Assembly: GCF_011386835.1 (NCBI RefSeq)
Contig: NC_088807.1
Coordinates: 26,288,001 to 26,352,000 of the forward strand
Source of the DNA: Chrysemys picta bellii
Lineage: Eukaryota
DNA length: 64,000 nt
Direction: 5' to 3'
Shown piece by piece: positions 1 through 15,120 of the stretch; positions within the stretch are counted from its first letter, which is position 1, and each line of letters starts with the position of its first letter. The translations under genes and the position numbers were made by a program. The notes below the pieces were generated by a model. That model was given only the letters and a program-made list of their open reading frames with translations, did no database searches and was not told the DNA's origin.

Positions 1-975
1 GGCCTGGGGGGCAGCAGGGGGGCGGAGCTGTGATGGGGGATAGGATGGGGGGACAGTGGGGGGGCAGAGCTGGGAGGCGGAGCTCTGATGGGGGATAGGA
101 CGGGGGGCAGCAGGGGGCAGAGCTGTGATGGGGGATAGGATGGGGGACAGAGCTGTGATGGGGGGCAGCAGGGGGGCGGAGCTGTGATGGGGGATAGGAC
201 GGGGGGACAGTGGGGGGGCAGAGCTGGGAGGCGGAGCTGTGATGGGGGATAGGACAGGGGCAGTGGGGGGGGCGAAGCTGTGATGGGGGGCAGTAGGGGG
301 CAGAGCTGTGATGGGGGGATAGGACGGGGGAGCAGCACAGGGGCGGAGCTGTGATGGGGGGATAGGACGGGGGCAGTGGGGGGGTGAAGCTGTGATGGGG
401 GGCAGTAGGGGGCAGAGCTGTGATGGGGGTATAGGATGGGGGAGCAGCACGGGGGCGGAGCTGTGATGGGATAGGACGGGGGCAGTGGGGGGGAAGAGCT
501 GGCACGGGGGTCAGCAGGGGGGCAGAACTGGGACAGGGGGATAGGACCTGGGGGGCAGAGCTGTGATAAGGGGATAGGACCTGGGGGGCAGCAGGGGGCG
601 GAGCAGTGATGGGGGATAGGATGGGGGGGCAGCAAGGGAGGCAGAGCTGGGACGGGGGGCAGCAGGGGGGCAGAGCTGGGACAGGGGGATAGGACCTGGG
701 GGGCAGCAGGGGGGCAGAGCTGGCACGGGGGATAAGACCTGGGGGGCAGTGGGGGGGGCAGAGCTGTGATAGGGGGATAGGACCTGGGGGGCAGCAGGAG
801 GCGGAGCAGTGATGGGGGATAGGATGGGGGGCAGAGCTGGGACAGGGGGCAGCAGGGGGGCAGAGCTGGACAGGGGGATAGGACCAGGGGGGCAGCAGGG
901 GGCGGAGCTGTGATGGGGGATAGGATGGGGGGGCAGCATGGGGGGCAGAGCTGGCACGGGGAGCAGAGCTGGCAC
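1..975. repeat. G-rich minisatellite in an SRPK3 intron (degenerate units such as GCTGTGATGGGGGATAGGACGGGGGGCAGCAGGGGGGCAGA)
   Basis: Tandem degenerate units visible from base 1 to about 975; the ORFs across it are low-complexity. Confidence 0.9.
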
Positions 976-982
976 AGGATAG

Positions 983-1984
<1,002 letters not shown>

Positions 1985-1993
1985 TGACACTTG

Positions 1994-1999
1994 ATTAAA
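1994..1999 (+). terminator. Candidate SRPK3 polyadenylation signal (ATTAAA)
   Basis: ATTAAA lies about 260 nt after the stop and is followed by T/GT-rich sequence. Confidence 0.55.
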
Positions 2000-2158
2000 T
2001 GGTTTGACAAAGCCCTGCTGTCTGCGTGATCGTGTGGGGGGATAGGGACCCAGGCGTCCGGGCTCCCAGTGCACGCTCCCCCCGCTCACGGTGGAAGGGA
2101 ACCCAGGTGTCCGGGCAGGGGCCAGGCAGGTGGCAGAGGCAGCTGAGACAGACGGCCA

Positions 2159-2164
2159 TTTATT
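2159..2164 (-). terminator. Candidate IDH3G polyadenylation signal (AATAAA on the minus strand)
   Basis: TTTATT on plus; the first canonical hexamer I see downstream of the IDH3G stop. Confidence 0.55.
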
Positions 2165-2189
2165 ACCCGTGGGGCACTGGCCCCACAGC

Positions 2190-2190
<1 letters not shown>

Positions 2191-2227
<37 letters not shown>
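2191..2227. repeat. (AC)n microsatellite
   Basis: Pure AC run. Confidence 0.98.
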
Positions 2228-2228
<1 letters not shown>

Positions 2229-2479
2229 CAGCAGTGACATGGATGGGGGGGCAGGGGGCTACGGTCCTGCCCCATGGATCACCCGGCTGGGGGCTCCGGC
2301 CTGCGCGACCCCTTCGCCTTGGCTTGAGAGTGGGGTCCTCCCCTGTGGGAGAAAGAGAGGTCAGAGAACCCAGGCGTCCTGGCTCCCAGACCCCCTTTTC
2401 CCCCCCACTCTGCCCCACCAGATCCCACCCAAGACACGGGTGCTCCCAGATTTCCCCATCTCACGACTCCGCCTCCGCA

Positions 2480-2826
2480 CCCCCCCCCCCCCGAGGGCCC
2501 CAGGAGTCCAGCTTCCCCCCACCCCCCCGAGGGCCCCAGGCGTCCGGGCTCCCGGCTCCGCCCCTCCCGAGGGCCCCAGGCGTCCGGGCTCCCGGCTCCG
2601 CCCCTCCCGAGGGCCCCAGGCGTCCGGGCTCCCGGCTCCGCCCCTCCCGAGGGCCCCAGGCGTCCGGGCTCCCGGCTCCGCCCCCCGAGGGCCCCAGGCG
2701 TCCGGGCTCCCGGCTCCGCCCCCCGAGGGCCCCAGGCGTCCGGGCTCCCGGCTCCGCCCCCCCCAAGGGCCCCAGGCGTCCGGGCTCCCGGCTCCGCCCC
2801 CCCCCCGAGGGCCCCAGGCGTCCGGC
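2480..2826. repeat. 38-40 bp minisatellite in the inferred IDH3G 3' UTR (CCGAGGGCCCCAGGCGTCCGGGCTCCCGGCTCCGCCCCTC)
   Basis: About 8-9 tandem units starting immediately after the IDH3G stop codon. Confidence 0.92.
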
Positions 2827-2837
2827 TCACCCTGGCC

Positions 2838-5800
2838 CTAGCTGCACTGGCTCCAGCCGCTGGCCGTGCGGACGTGCCGCAGGATGGACTGGACGGCCCC
2901 TGACGTGGTGCCCTGGCCCCCGATGTCCGGCGTGTGGGTCTGCGGGGAGGGACGGGGCCATGAACTGGGGCTGCCCCCCATTTCCCTGGGGCAGCCTTTC
3001 CCCAGGGGCAATTACCCCTCACAGGATGTCCTTCCCCCAGGCGAGGCGGGATTTCCTGTCCCAGTAGCCTGCGATTGGCCACTGCTGGGGGAAGAGGCGG
3101 GACTTGTGCTCTTGGTTGGAATCTCCCTATTATTAAGCCGGGACTTCCCCACCCAGCTGCCTGCCGTGGGCCAATACTAGCAGAGGAGGGCGGGACTTCC
3201 TCCCTTGCCAGCCAGGGGAAGGGGCGGGGCTTACCGCCTCATCGTCCAGGGAGGCCAGCACTGCCTGGCGGATGGTGGTGGCGAAACTGTGCAGCCTGCA
3301 AGGGGAGGAGCAAAGAGGGGCGGAGTCAGAGCAGCACAGGCCCCGCCCACCCAACAGGTACCGCCCCCAGAGGAGGGAAGAGGATAGAGGGGGAGGCCCT
3401 GAAGATGGGGCTGGGGACACTCACAAGACCGGGGGGCGCACGGGGTGGGGGGGTGAGGGGGAGGGGCTCACCGGAGAGGGAGGGGGCGCACGGGGTGGGG
3501 GGGCGAGGGGGGGCTCACCAGAGAGGGAGGGGGCGCACGGGGTGCGGGGGTGGGGGGGGTGAGCTCACCGGAGAGGGAGGGGGCGCACGGGGTGGGGGGG
3601 GTGAGCTCACCGGAGAGGGAGGGGGCGCACGGGGTGGGGGGGCGAGGGGGGGGCTCACCGGAGAGGGAGGGGGCGCACGGGGTGGGGGAGGAGGGGGGGG
3701 CTCACCGGAGAGGGAGGGGGCGCACGGGGTGGGGGGGCTCACCGGAGATGGTCCAGCATCATGCAGGCGGCGAGCAGGGTGGCCGTGGGGTTGGCGACGT
3801 TCTTGTGGGCGATGCTCTTCCCCGTGTTCCGCGTGGCCTGGGGGGGGGGGGAGGGGAACACAATGAGACCCTGATCCTGCCCCCCGCCAGCGCCCCCATT
3901 CCCGCCCTGCCTGCTGCCCCCCATTCCCACCCTGCGGCCCCCTGGAACCCCCCCGCGCCCCCCCTCGCTCACGGTCTCGAAGACGGCGAAGTCCCTCCCG
4001 TAGTTGGCGCCGGGCACCAGCCCCGGGCCCCCGACCAGCCCCGCGCACACGTTGTTCACGATGTTCCCGTAGAGATTGGGCATCACCATGACGTCGAACT
4101 GCTGGGGGCGGGACACCAGCTGGGGGGAGAGCGGGGGTTAGGACGCCGGGGGTCTCTCCCGGGGGAGGGGGGTTGGGAGGCCCGGACGCCGGGGTTCTCA
4201 CCTGCATGGTGGTGTTGTCCACGATCATGCTGTCGAAGGCGATCTCCGGGTAGCCGCCCGCCACCTCTCGGCAGCACTGCAGGAAGAGCCCGTCACCCAG
4301 CTTCCTGTGGGGGAGGGGAAGCGGGGCTGAGCGACCCCCGGCCCGGCCCCCCGCCCCCCGCAGACCCCGCCCCCGCGGCCCGGCACTCACATGATGTTGG
4401 CCTTGTGCACGGCGGTGACCTTGGCGCGCCCGGTCTCGCGGGCCAGCCGGAAGGCGTAGTCGGCGATGCGCAGGGACCGGGCCTTGGTGATGATCTTCAG
4501 GCACTCCACCACGCCGGAGACGCTCTGCGGGGCAGGGGGCGGAGTCAGGACGCGAGGGGCGGAGACCTGAGCCCCACGGAGGGGAGGGGCACGGCTCAGG
4601 CTTCCCCTCCCAAACGGGGCGGGGCCCAAGGTGGAGCCAAGGCACCAGGTGAGCACAGATCCTAGGGGGGCTGGGGCCCCCAGGGGCTGGGGCCCCCAGG
4701 GGCTGGGCAGGAGCTCCCGGGGGGCAGGGCTCCCAGGCAGTGGGTGGACCTCCCAGGCAGTGGGCGGGGCTCCCAGGGGCAGGACCCCAGGGGGACAGAG
4801 GCGGGGCTCCCAGGGGGTGGGCAGGGAAAGGGGCAGAGCTCCCAGGGGCAGGACCCCAGGGGGTGAGCGGGGCTCCGAGGGAGTGGGCAGGGCTCCCAGG
4901 GCCAGGACCCCAGGGGGACAGCAGGGGAAGGGGTGGGGCTCCCAGGGTGGGCGGGGCTCCCAGGGGCAGGACCCGGGGGGGGGGGCGGGGCTCCCGGGGG
5001 GCGGGGCTCCAGGGCGGCACCTCGTGCTCCAGGCTGCTGTACTCGCCCTCCGTGTTCTCGCGGACGATGAGGATGTCGATGTCCCGGTGCCGCGTCAGCA
5101 CCCGCGGGAGGCTCTGGCAGTGAATCACGTTGGCGTAGAGATCCAGGCTGGTGCTGGGGGGGACAGGGTCAGAGCCCCCCCAGGATGGCTGGCGCCCCTC
5201 ACTCCCAACCCGCAGCCCCCCCCAGCGCCACCCGCGCCCCTCACTCCCGACCCGCAGTCCCCCCCAGCGCCGCCCGCGCTCCTCACTCCCATCCCCCACC
5301 CCCCGGCATGTAGCCCCGCTCACCGCAGGATGTTGTTCCGGGATTTGTGGGACGGGGGCAGGTTGTGGTTGGTCTCAATGTTTCCTGTCGAACAGAAACG
5401 AGTTAATCCCTGAACGCAGGAACCCAGACCAGACGGGGACCCTGCGGCCCCTCAGTGCGGGGCCGGGGACCCAGGGACCCCTCGGGCGGGGCAAGGGAAC
5501 CAGAGTGTGGGGGCACCAGGCCCTGCGCCCCCGGCTTCCTGCGATTCCTCTCCGCCAGCCAGTACAGCAGAAGGTTTATTTAGACGACAGGAACACGGCC
5601 CAGGACAGGTCTTGCAGGCACAGACAACAGGACCCCCCTCAGTTAGGTCCATCTTGGGGTCCCAGGGGCACCACAGTCCCATTGGGGGGGTCAGAGCCCC
5701 GTCTGGGCTCCCTCCATTACCAGCCAGCTCCTGAAACTCCAACTCCCTCCAGCGTCTCTCCCCCAGCCTCCCCCCGGCTCCCCCCCCAGCCTTTGTCCAC

Positions 5801-7801
5801 TTCCTGGGCAGTGGTGTCACCTGGCCCCAGCCCCTGCTCAGGTATCTTCCCTCCAGGCCCGTCTCCCATCCCCCAGTGCAGCCCCCCAGCAACCTTCCCT
5901 GGCCCACTCCCCACTCCGCATTCAACCACCACATTGGGAACAGGCCCAGTTCGCCACAGCAGGGCCGGGGACCCCTCCAGCACCAGGACACACCCTTCAG
6001 GGCGACGCGGTTTCGCCGGATGGCCATGATTGCGTTCTGAATATCGTCCTCCGCCGCGTCCGAGCTCACCCGGACCTCCTCGAAGTCCACCGGGACGCAG
6101 GCCTGCCTGGGGGAGGGGAGAGAAACAGGACGCCTGGGTTCTCTGGGAGGGGAGTTAGACCCTTGGCTGGGTTTCCACGCTCTCTGGGTCAGCACAGGGG
6201 GCAGCTGCCCCGATCCCGCCCCTACCTGAACACCTCCTTCACGTGCAGCATCAGCTCCGGCCCGATGCCGTCACCTGGGATCATGGTCACGGTGTGACGC
6301 CCCCCGTACTTCGCAGGAGGAGGCTGCGGGAAGAGGCGGTGTGAGAGAACCCAGGAGTCCGGGCTCCCAGCCCCCCTGTTCTAACTCCCCAACCCCCACT
6401 CCCCTCCCTGAGCCAGGGAGAAAACCCAGGAGTCCGGGCTCCCAGCCCCCCTGTTCTAACTCCCCAGCCCCCACTCCCCTCCCAGAGCTGGGGAGAGAAC
6501 CCAGGAGTCCGGGCTCCCAGCCCCCCCCTCCCCCCAACGCCTGAACCTGCCTCTTTCCCTCCCACTGGCCCCGCATTGTGCCCCGCAGTCTGGGAACAGT
6601 ACTCACGATGGGGGTGTGCTGTGGGTCGCAGGATGCACCGATGGGGGAGAGAGGGGGGGAGAGAAGGGGGTTAGTACAGCTCAGTGGGAAGGAGGCCGGG
6701 TCATGGGGGACGGGGGCCCCCCCGGGACATCCTCTTTGTTCGGGGGAGGGGTCTGAAGCTAAGCCCACAGGCCACGGTACCCCCAGCTCCCCCCAATCCT
6801 TGACCCATTCCCAGCCAGCCCCCCCCCATCCTGCCCCCCAGGGAGCCATGGGGCCGCCCAGCGTCCTGTGGCAGGGAGTTCCCCAGGCCAGCCGGGCGTG
6901 TCCCTCTGTGGGGACGGGGGGGTCGCGACCCCGCTGCCGGCCCCGCCCCTCTCGCCAAGCCCCGCCCATGGGCAGAGCGGGGGGGCCGGGGGACTCACTG
7001 ACGTCAGGGTCCGGCGCTCGGCTCCTGGCACCTGGGGGAGAACAAGGGGGGCAGGTTAGAGCCGGGAGGGGGGAGGGGAGCCCGGACGCCTGGGTTCTTT
7101 TCCCAACTGGGGGGGGGGGGGCACTCTTGCTCGCCCCAGAGGATGCTGGGAACTGGCCCCAGGGGTTGGCGTCTCTCTAGCGCCCTCTGCAGGGCTGAGC
7201 CAGGTCATACCCCCCCACCGCTGGCTAAGGGGAGCCGCAGCCAATCAGAACCGGCCGCTTCGGTGTGTCCCGCCCACTCGGGGAAGCCGGCCCAATCAGC
7301 AACAGCCGCAGGAGACGAAGACCAATCGAAAGAAACTCACCCGCTTGGCCCCGCCCCACTCTTTGCACGTGCCTCTTTCCCGCCCCCTTCGGGCGTGCCA
7401 ACCAATCAGCTCCGCTCTGATCGATTAAGCCCCACCCATCCCTTACGCGTACTCCAATCAAAAGTAAGCCTCTGACTCGACCCCCGCCCATTTCCATCCT
7501 CGCCCAATCAACTGAAAGCTGGTGGGACCGCCCCCGTTCCAATCGCAGCCAATCATAGCCTCGACTCCTGATTTGTCCCGCCCTCCTCCGGTGTCCTGTC
7601 CAATGAGGAGACCGATGCGGCACCCTGCCCCGCCGTTCCACTCCCTCTCATCCAATCAGGAGCCTCCCCCGCGGCTTGAGCCGAGCCCGCCGGCCAGTCC
7701 TCCCGCCGAAGGCCCCCCCCGCGCGCGCCCCTGCTCACCGGACGGGGCGCGAGCAGGGCCGCTCTCCACAGCTGCCTCGTCGCCATCAGAGCCGCAGCCA
7801 T
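2838..7801 (-). CDS. IDH3G: Isocitrate dehydrogenase [NAD] subunit gamma, 13 coding exons, 384 aa
   Basis: Exons (minus): 7801-7739, 7031-6999, 6618-6607, 6323-6226, 6106-5994, 5384-5324, 5153-5021, 4524-4391, 4304-4202, 4119-3973, 3837-3743, 3295-3235, 2939-2838. All are GT-AG with consistent phases, and the joined ORF is open ([10 protein letters not shown]...[25 protein letters not shown]...[13 protein letters not shown]...*). Confidence 0.97.
3430..3742. repeat. About 45-50 bp minisatellite in IDH3G intron 11 containing copies of the exon 11 splice donor
   Basis: CTCACCGGAG (minus strand CTCCG|GTGAG) recurs near 3467, 3563, 3605, 3654, 3701 and at the true donor 3738; a variant occurs near 3515. 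Confidence 0.88.
4670..5015. repeat. Degenerate minisatellite in IDH3G intron 7 (GGGCTCCCAGGGGCAGGACCCCAGGGGG)
   Basis: Recurrent units fill most of the intron. Confidence 0.8.
5497..5958 (-). mobile_element. Solo LTR related to the Gypsy LTR at 61150-61621, in IDH3G intron 5
   Basis: Shares GGCTTCCTGCGATTC, GCAGAAGGTTTATTT, GACAGGTCTTGCAGGCACAGACAACAG and the terminal CCAGTTCG(C/T)CACA with the full LTR. Confidence 0.85.
6340..6535 (-). repeat. Three tandem units of the SINE-head-like repeat in IDH3G intron 3
   Basis: GAGAACCCAGGAGTCCGGGCTCCCAGCCCCCC x3, the reverse complement of the unit in SSR4 intron 3. Confidence 0.85.
6607..6618 (-). CDS. IDH3G: IDH3G 12-nt micro-exon 3 (HTPI)
   Basis: Minus strand reads ccacag|CACACCCCCATC|gtgagt, phase 0-0, and joins exons 2 and 4 in frame. 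It matches the 4-residue segment (EQTI, from memory) at this position in human IDH3G. Confidence 0.8.
7241..7656 (+). promoter_or_regulatory. Cluster of 10 same-strand CCAAT boxes interleaved with GC boxes in IDH3G intron 1
   Basis: CCAAT at 7241, 7292, 7322, 7402, 7454, 7504, 7539, 7549, 7600 and 7652, with CCCGCCC motifs between them. Confidence 0.7.
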
Positions 7802-8477
7802 GGCAGAGCCGCGCACGAGACACGGGACCAACGCGCGCCCGCTCCCGCGAGAACTAGTCAGCGAAATCCCGCGAGAGCTCCGACCTGGAATTCTCGCGAC
7901 GTCTCGCTGGGGAAAACCGGCGCGCGCAATGAGGCAATGCCGCGCCTATTTTCCGCGAGTCGTCAGCGCCACATACATCCCGGCGGCCATTTTGTATCAT
8001 CAGGTTGGGGGCTGTCTCGAGACGTCCTGAGAGACGCATGCGCATTGACGGCCCTTTGGCTTGTTTCTCGCTCCTTGGGGCAAATAAGTCTCGGCGGCCA
8101 TTTTGTCCCTGGAAGTGTCTGTGATTGGTAGGGAGGCTTCGCGAGAAGGCGGAGCGCACGTGCGCACTGATGGGGCCGCGCCTTTTCTCACTCGCGGGTG
8201 CGCAAAATAAGTCTCGGCGGCCATTTTATTCCTGAGTCTCCGTGGAAATCTCGCGAGCGCTAGCTCGGCGCAGGCCCCGTGGTCACCCAGCGTCCCTTCT
8301 CGCTCCGCCCCGCGCTAGATAAATCCCGGCCGCCATTTTCTCTCCCCGGGAGCGCTAAGGCCACGTCCGCTCTGGGTCACGTGGCGCGTTGGGGGCGCTG
8401 CTGATTGGCTGGCGGCGGAAGGCGCTTTCCCGACACCCTCCGCGGCGGTGGCCCCGGTTCTTCGGCCACGGGCGGCG
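7802..8477. promoter_or_regulatory. Bidirectional CpG-island promoter shared by IDH3G and SSR4
   Basis: Divergent ATGs 676 bp apart and CpG-dense. Contains four YY1-type (C)GGC(C)GCCATTTT motifs, an NRF1-type ACGCATGCGCA at 8034, TCGCGAG motifs and inverted CCAAT boxes. Confidence 0.85.
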
Positions 8478-12535
<4,058 letters not shown>

Positions 12536-12569
12536 GGGGGAACCGGGGCCCCCCCTCTGTGTGTCCCCC

Positions 12570-12575
12570 AATAAA
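12570..12575 (+). terminator. SSR4 polyadenylation signal AATAAA
   Basis: Lies 35 nt after the TGA stop. Confidence 0.8.
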
Positions 12576-12939
12576 CACTGTCCACACCCGCTCGGCTCGC
12601 TGTGCTTCTGGGGCGCGGGGCTCCACTGCCGGCCCCCAGCTCTGGGGAGGGGGAGGGGCTGGTTCTCAGCACCCCCACTATCCGGCCCACGGGGGGACAA
12701 GGCAAGGGGGGGGCCGGTCTCCAGTTAGGCGCTGGCCCAAGGGGTGAATGTTGCGTGGGGGGCCCCCAGCGGCCCGACACTGCCGCCCTGACTTTCACAA
12801 AGGGGGCGACACAGACACGAGGCCGGGAGTGAAACCGGAACGAAAAGGGAAATCACAGCGCAGCTCCGGAGCAGGGAGAGGCGAAGGGCGGCCTTGGACC
12901 CGGGCCGGGAAGGCCTGGGGAGGAGCCGGACTCTGGCAA

Positions 12940-15120
12940 ATGAGGGGCAAATACAGAATTGGGCCAAACTCGACCGTGAAGAGCCGGAGCCTGGGGCCCG
13001 GAGCGGAAGCCGGAAGCTGCTCCGCGACCCGTGGGGCCCCTGGGCGAGCCAGCTGCGAAAGGGTCACTCAAGGACGACAAGGCCATTGCGGAGAAATGAA
13101 TCGAATTCGGTCTTCACGGCCGAGGATGGGAGGGAGATTCCCAAACCGGATCCCGTCTGTTTAGGTGACAGATCTGAGGAAGTGTCCCGGATTGAGGTGT
13201 CGCAGAGGAGGGTTTGGAACAAACGGATAAACGAACCCGCACTAAGTCCCCAGGCCCAGATGGGCTCAGGCAGGAACTCAGACGTGCCGTTGTCGTCTGT
13301 CCCCGCTGACGAGGACGGCTCCTGTGCCGCCGATCGTTACAAAGGGCTCCAGCGGTGCCCCCGGCAATTACAGGCCGGTGAGTCTGACTTCAGTCCCGGG
13401 CAAAGGGCTCGAAAGTGTCGTAGAGAACAGAACGGCCAGACACGGAGCTCACCACAACTTGTGGGGGAAGAGGCAACGTGGATTTTGTAAAGGGAAATCG
13501 TACCTCACCAATCTACTAGACTTCTCTGAGGGGATCCACCAGCCCGTGGCCAAGGGGATCCCGTGGAGATCGTGGACTTCGATTGTCAGAAGGCCTTTGA
13601 CACGGTCCCTCATGAAAGGCTCTTGCGCGGAGTCAGCTGCCAGGGGATCAGAGGGAAGATCCCCTCGTGGATCGGTAACTGGTTAAAAGACGGGACACAA
13701 AGGGGAGGAATACCTGGTCCGTTTTCAGAGTGGAGAGAGGTAAATCGTGGTGTCCCCCAGGGGTCTGTTCGGGGCCCCGTCCTAGTCGACATATTCAGAA
13801 CGGAGCTAGAAAACGGGGTGAACAGGGAGGTGGCAAAATCTGCAGATGCTACAAAACGACTCGAGATCGTTAAGTCCCAGGCAGCCTGCGAAGCACTACA
13901 AGGGGTGAGGGGGCAGCAAACTGGCAGGTGAAATTCAGTGTTGATAAATGCCCGTTGGCAGCCATCCGCCAACTCTACAGCTCAACGGTGAGGAACTGGG
14001 CCTGTTCTCAGTGTGGTGGTTGAATGCCGAGTGGGGAGTGGGCTCGGGAAGGTTGCTGGGGGGGTTGGCTGGGGGGCTGCACTGGGGGATGGGAGACGGG
14101 CCTGGAGGGAAGATACCTGAGCAGGGGCTGGGGCCAGGTGACACCACTGCCCAGGAAGTGGACAAAGGCTGGGGGGGGAGGCTGGGGGAGAGACGCTGGA
14201 GGGAGTTGGAGTTTCAGGAGCTGGCTGGTAATTGGAGGGAGCCCAGACGAGGCTCTGACCCCCCAAGGGGCTGGGGCGCCCTGAGACCCCAAGATGGACC
14301 TAAGTGCGGGGGGTCCTGTTGTCTGTGCCTGCAAGACCTGTCCTGGGCCGTGTTCCTGTCGTCTAAATAAACCTTCTGCTTTACTGGCTGGCGGAGAGGA
14401 ATCGCAGGGCCTGGTGTCCCCCCACACTCGGTGACACCACCACCCGAGAGAGAGACCGCGGCGGCGCTGCGGCCAGTTCTCGGAAATCCTCCGCTCGCTG
14501 GCAGGAAGGCGACCGAGGGCCGGGACTTGTTAGGAAAGGGAGAGACGAGACGTTGCCTTGAACGCTGCGGGCAGACGTGCTCGCCCCATCTCCGAAAGGA
14601 TCCCGTGGAATTGGGAACGGTTCAGACAAGGGCGACAAAACTGATTCGGGGCGTGGAACAGCTTCCGCGGGAGGAGACGTTAATGAGAGCGGGACTCTCC
14701 AGCTCGGAAGAGCCGGCTAAGGGGCTGTGACGGGGCTCAACGATCCCGCTGAGAGAGTAGAGCGGGGAGTGTTATTTACTCCTCCTCCTAACACAAGAAC
14801 CAGGGTCACCCAATGAAATGAACAGCAGCGGGTTTAACACAAACAGGAAGTATTTCTTCACCCAGCTCACCGTTAACCTGTGGAACTCCTCGCCAGGGGA
14901 TGTTGTGAAGGCTGAGACCATAACCGGGTTCAAAAGAACTAGATACGTTCATGGCGGGTCGGTCACCCACTGGCTACGAGCCAGGCTGGGCAGGGCTGGT
15001 GGCCCTGCCTCTGTTTGTCGGGTGCTGGCAATGGGCGACGGGATGGGTCACTTGGGGATTCCCGGGTCTGGTCATTGGCTGCTGGCGGCACACAGGACGC
15101 TGGCCTAGCTGCACCTGACC
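12940..15120 (+). mobile_element. Degenerate CR1 LINE (ORF2 RT region plus 3' end), interrupted by a solo LTR
   Basis: Frameshifted fragments [60 protein letters not shown] and RKYFFTQLTVNLWNSSP are CR1-type RT motifs. Confidence 0.88.
13987..14436 (+). mobile_element. Solo LTR inserted in the fossil CR1; close relative, in opposite orientation, of the IDH3G intron 5 LTR
   Basis: Reverse-complement match to 5497-5958 over most of its length. Contains AATAAACCTTCTGC and ends GGTGACA. Confidence 0.85.

Noticed and set aside
7802-7831. Upstream in-frame start for IDH3G at 7831 (and for SSR4 at 8448)
   Set aside because: These ORF-track starts are GTG codons. The ATGs at 7801 and 8478 have good Kozak context and give the expected transit and signal peptides.
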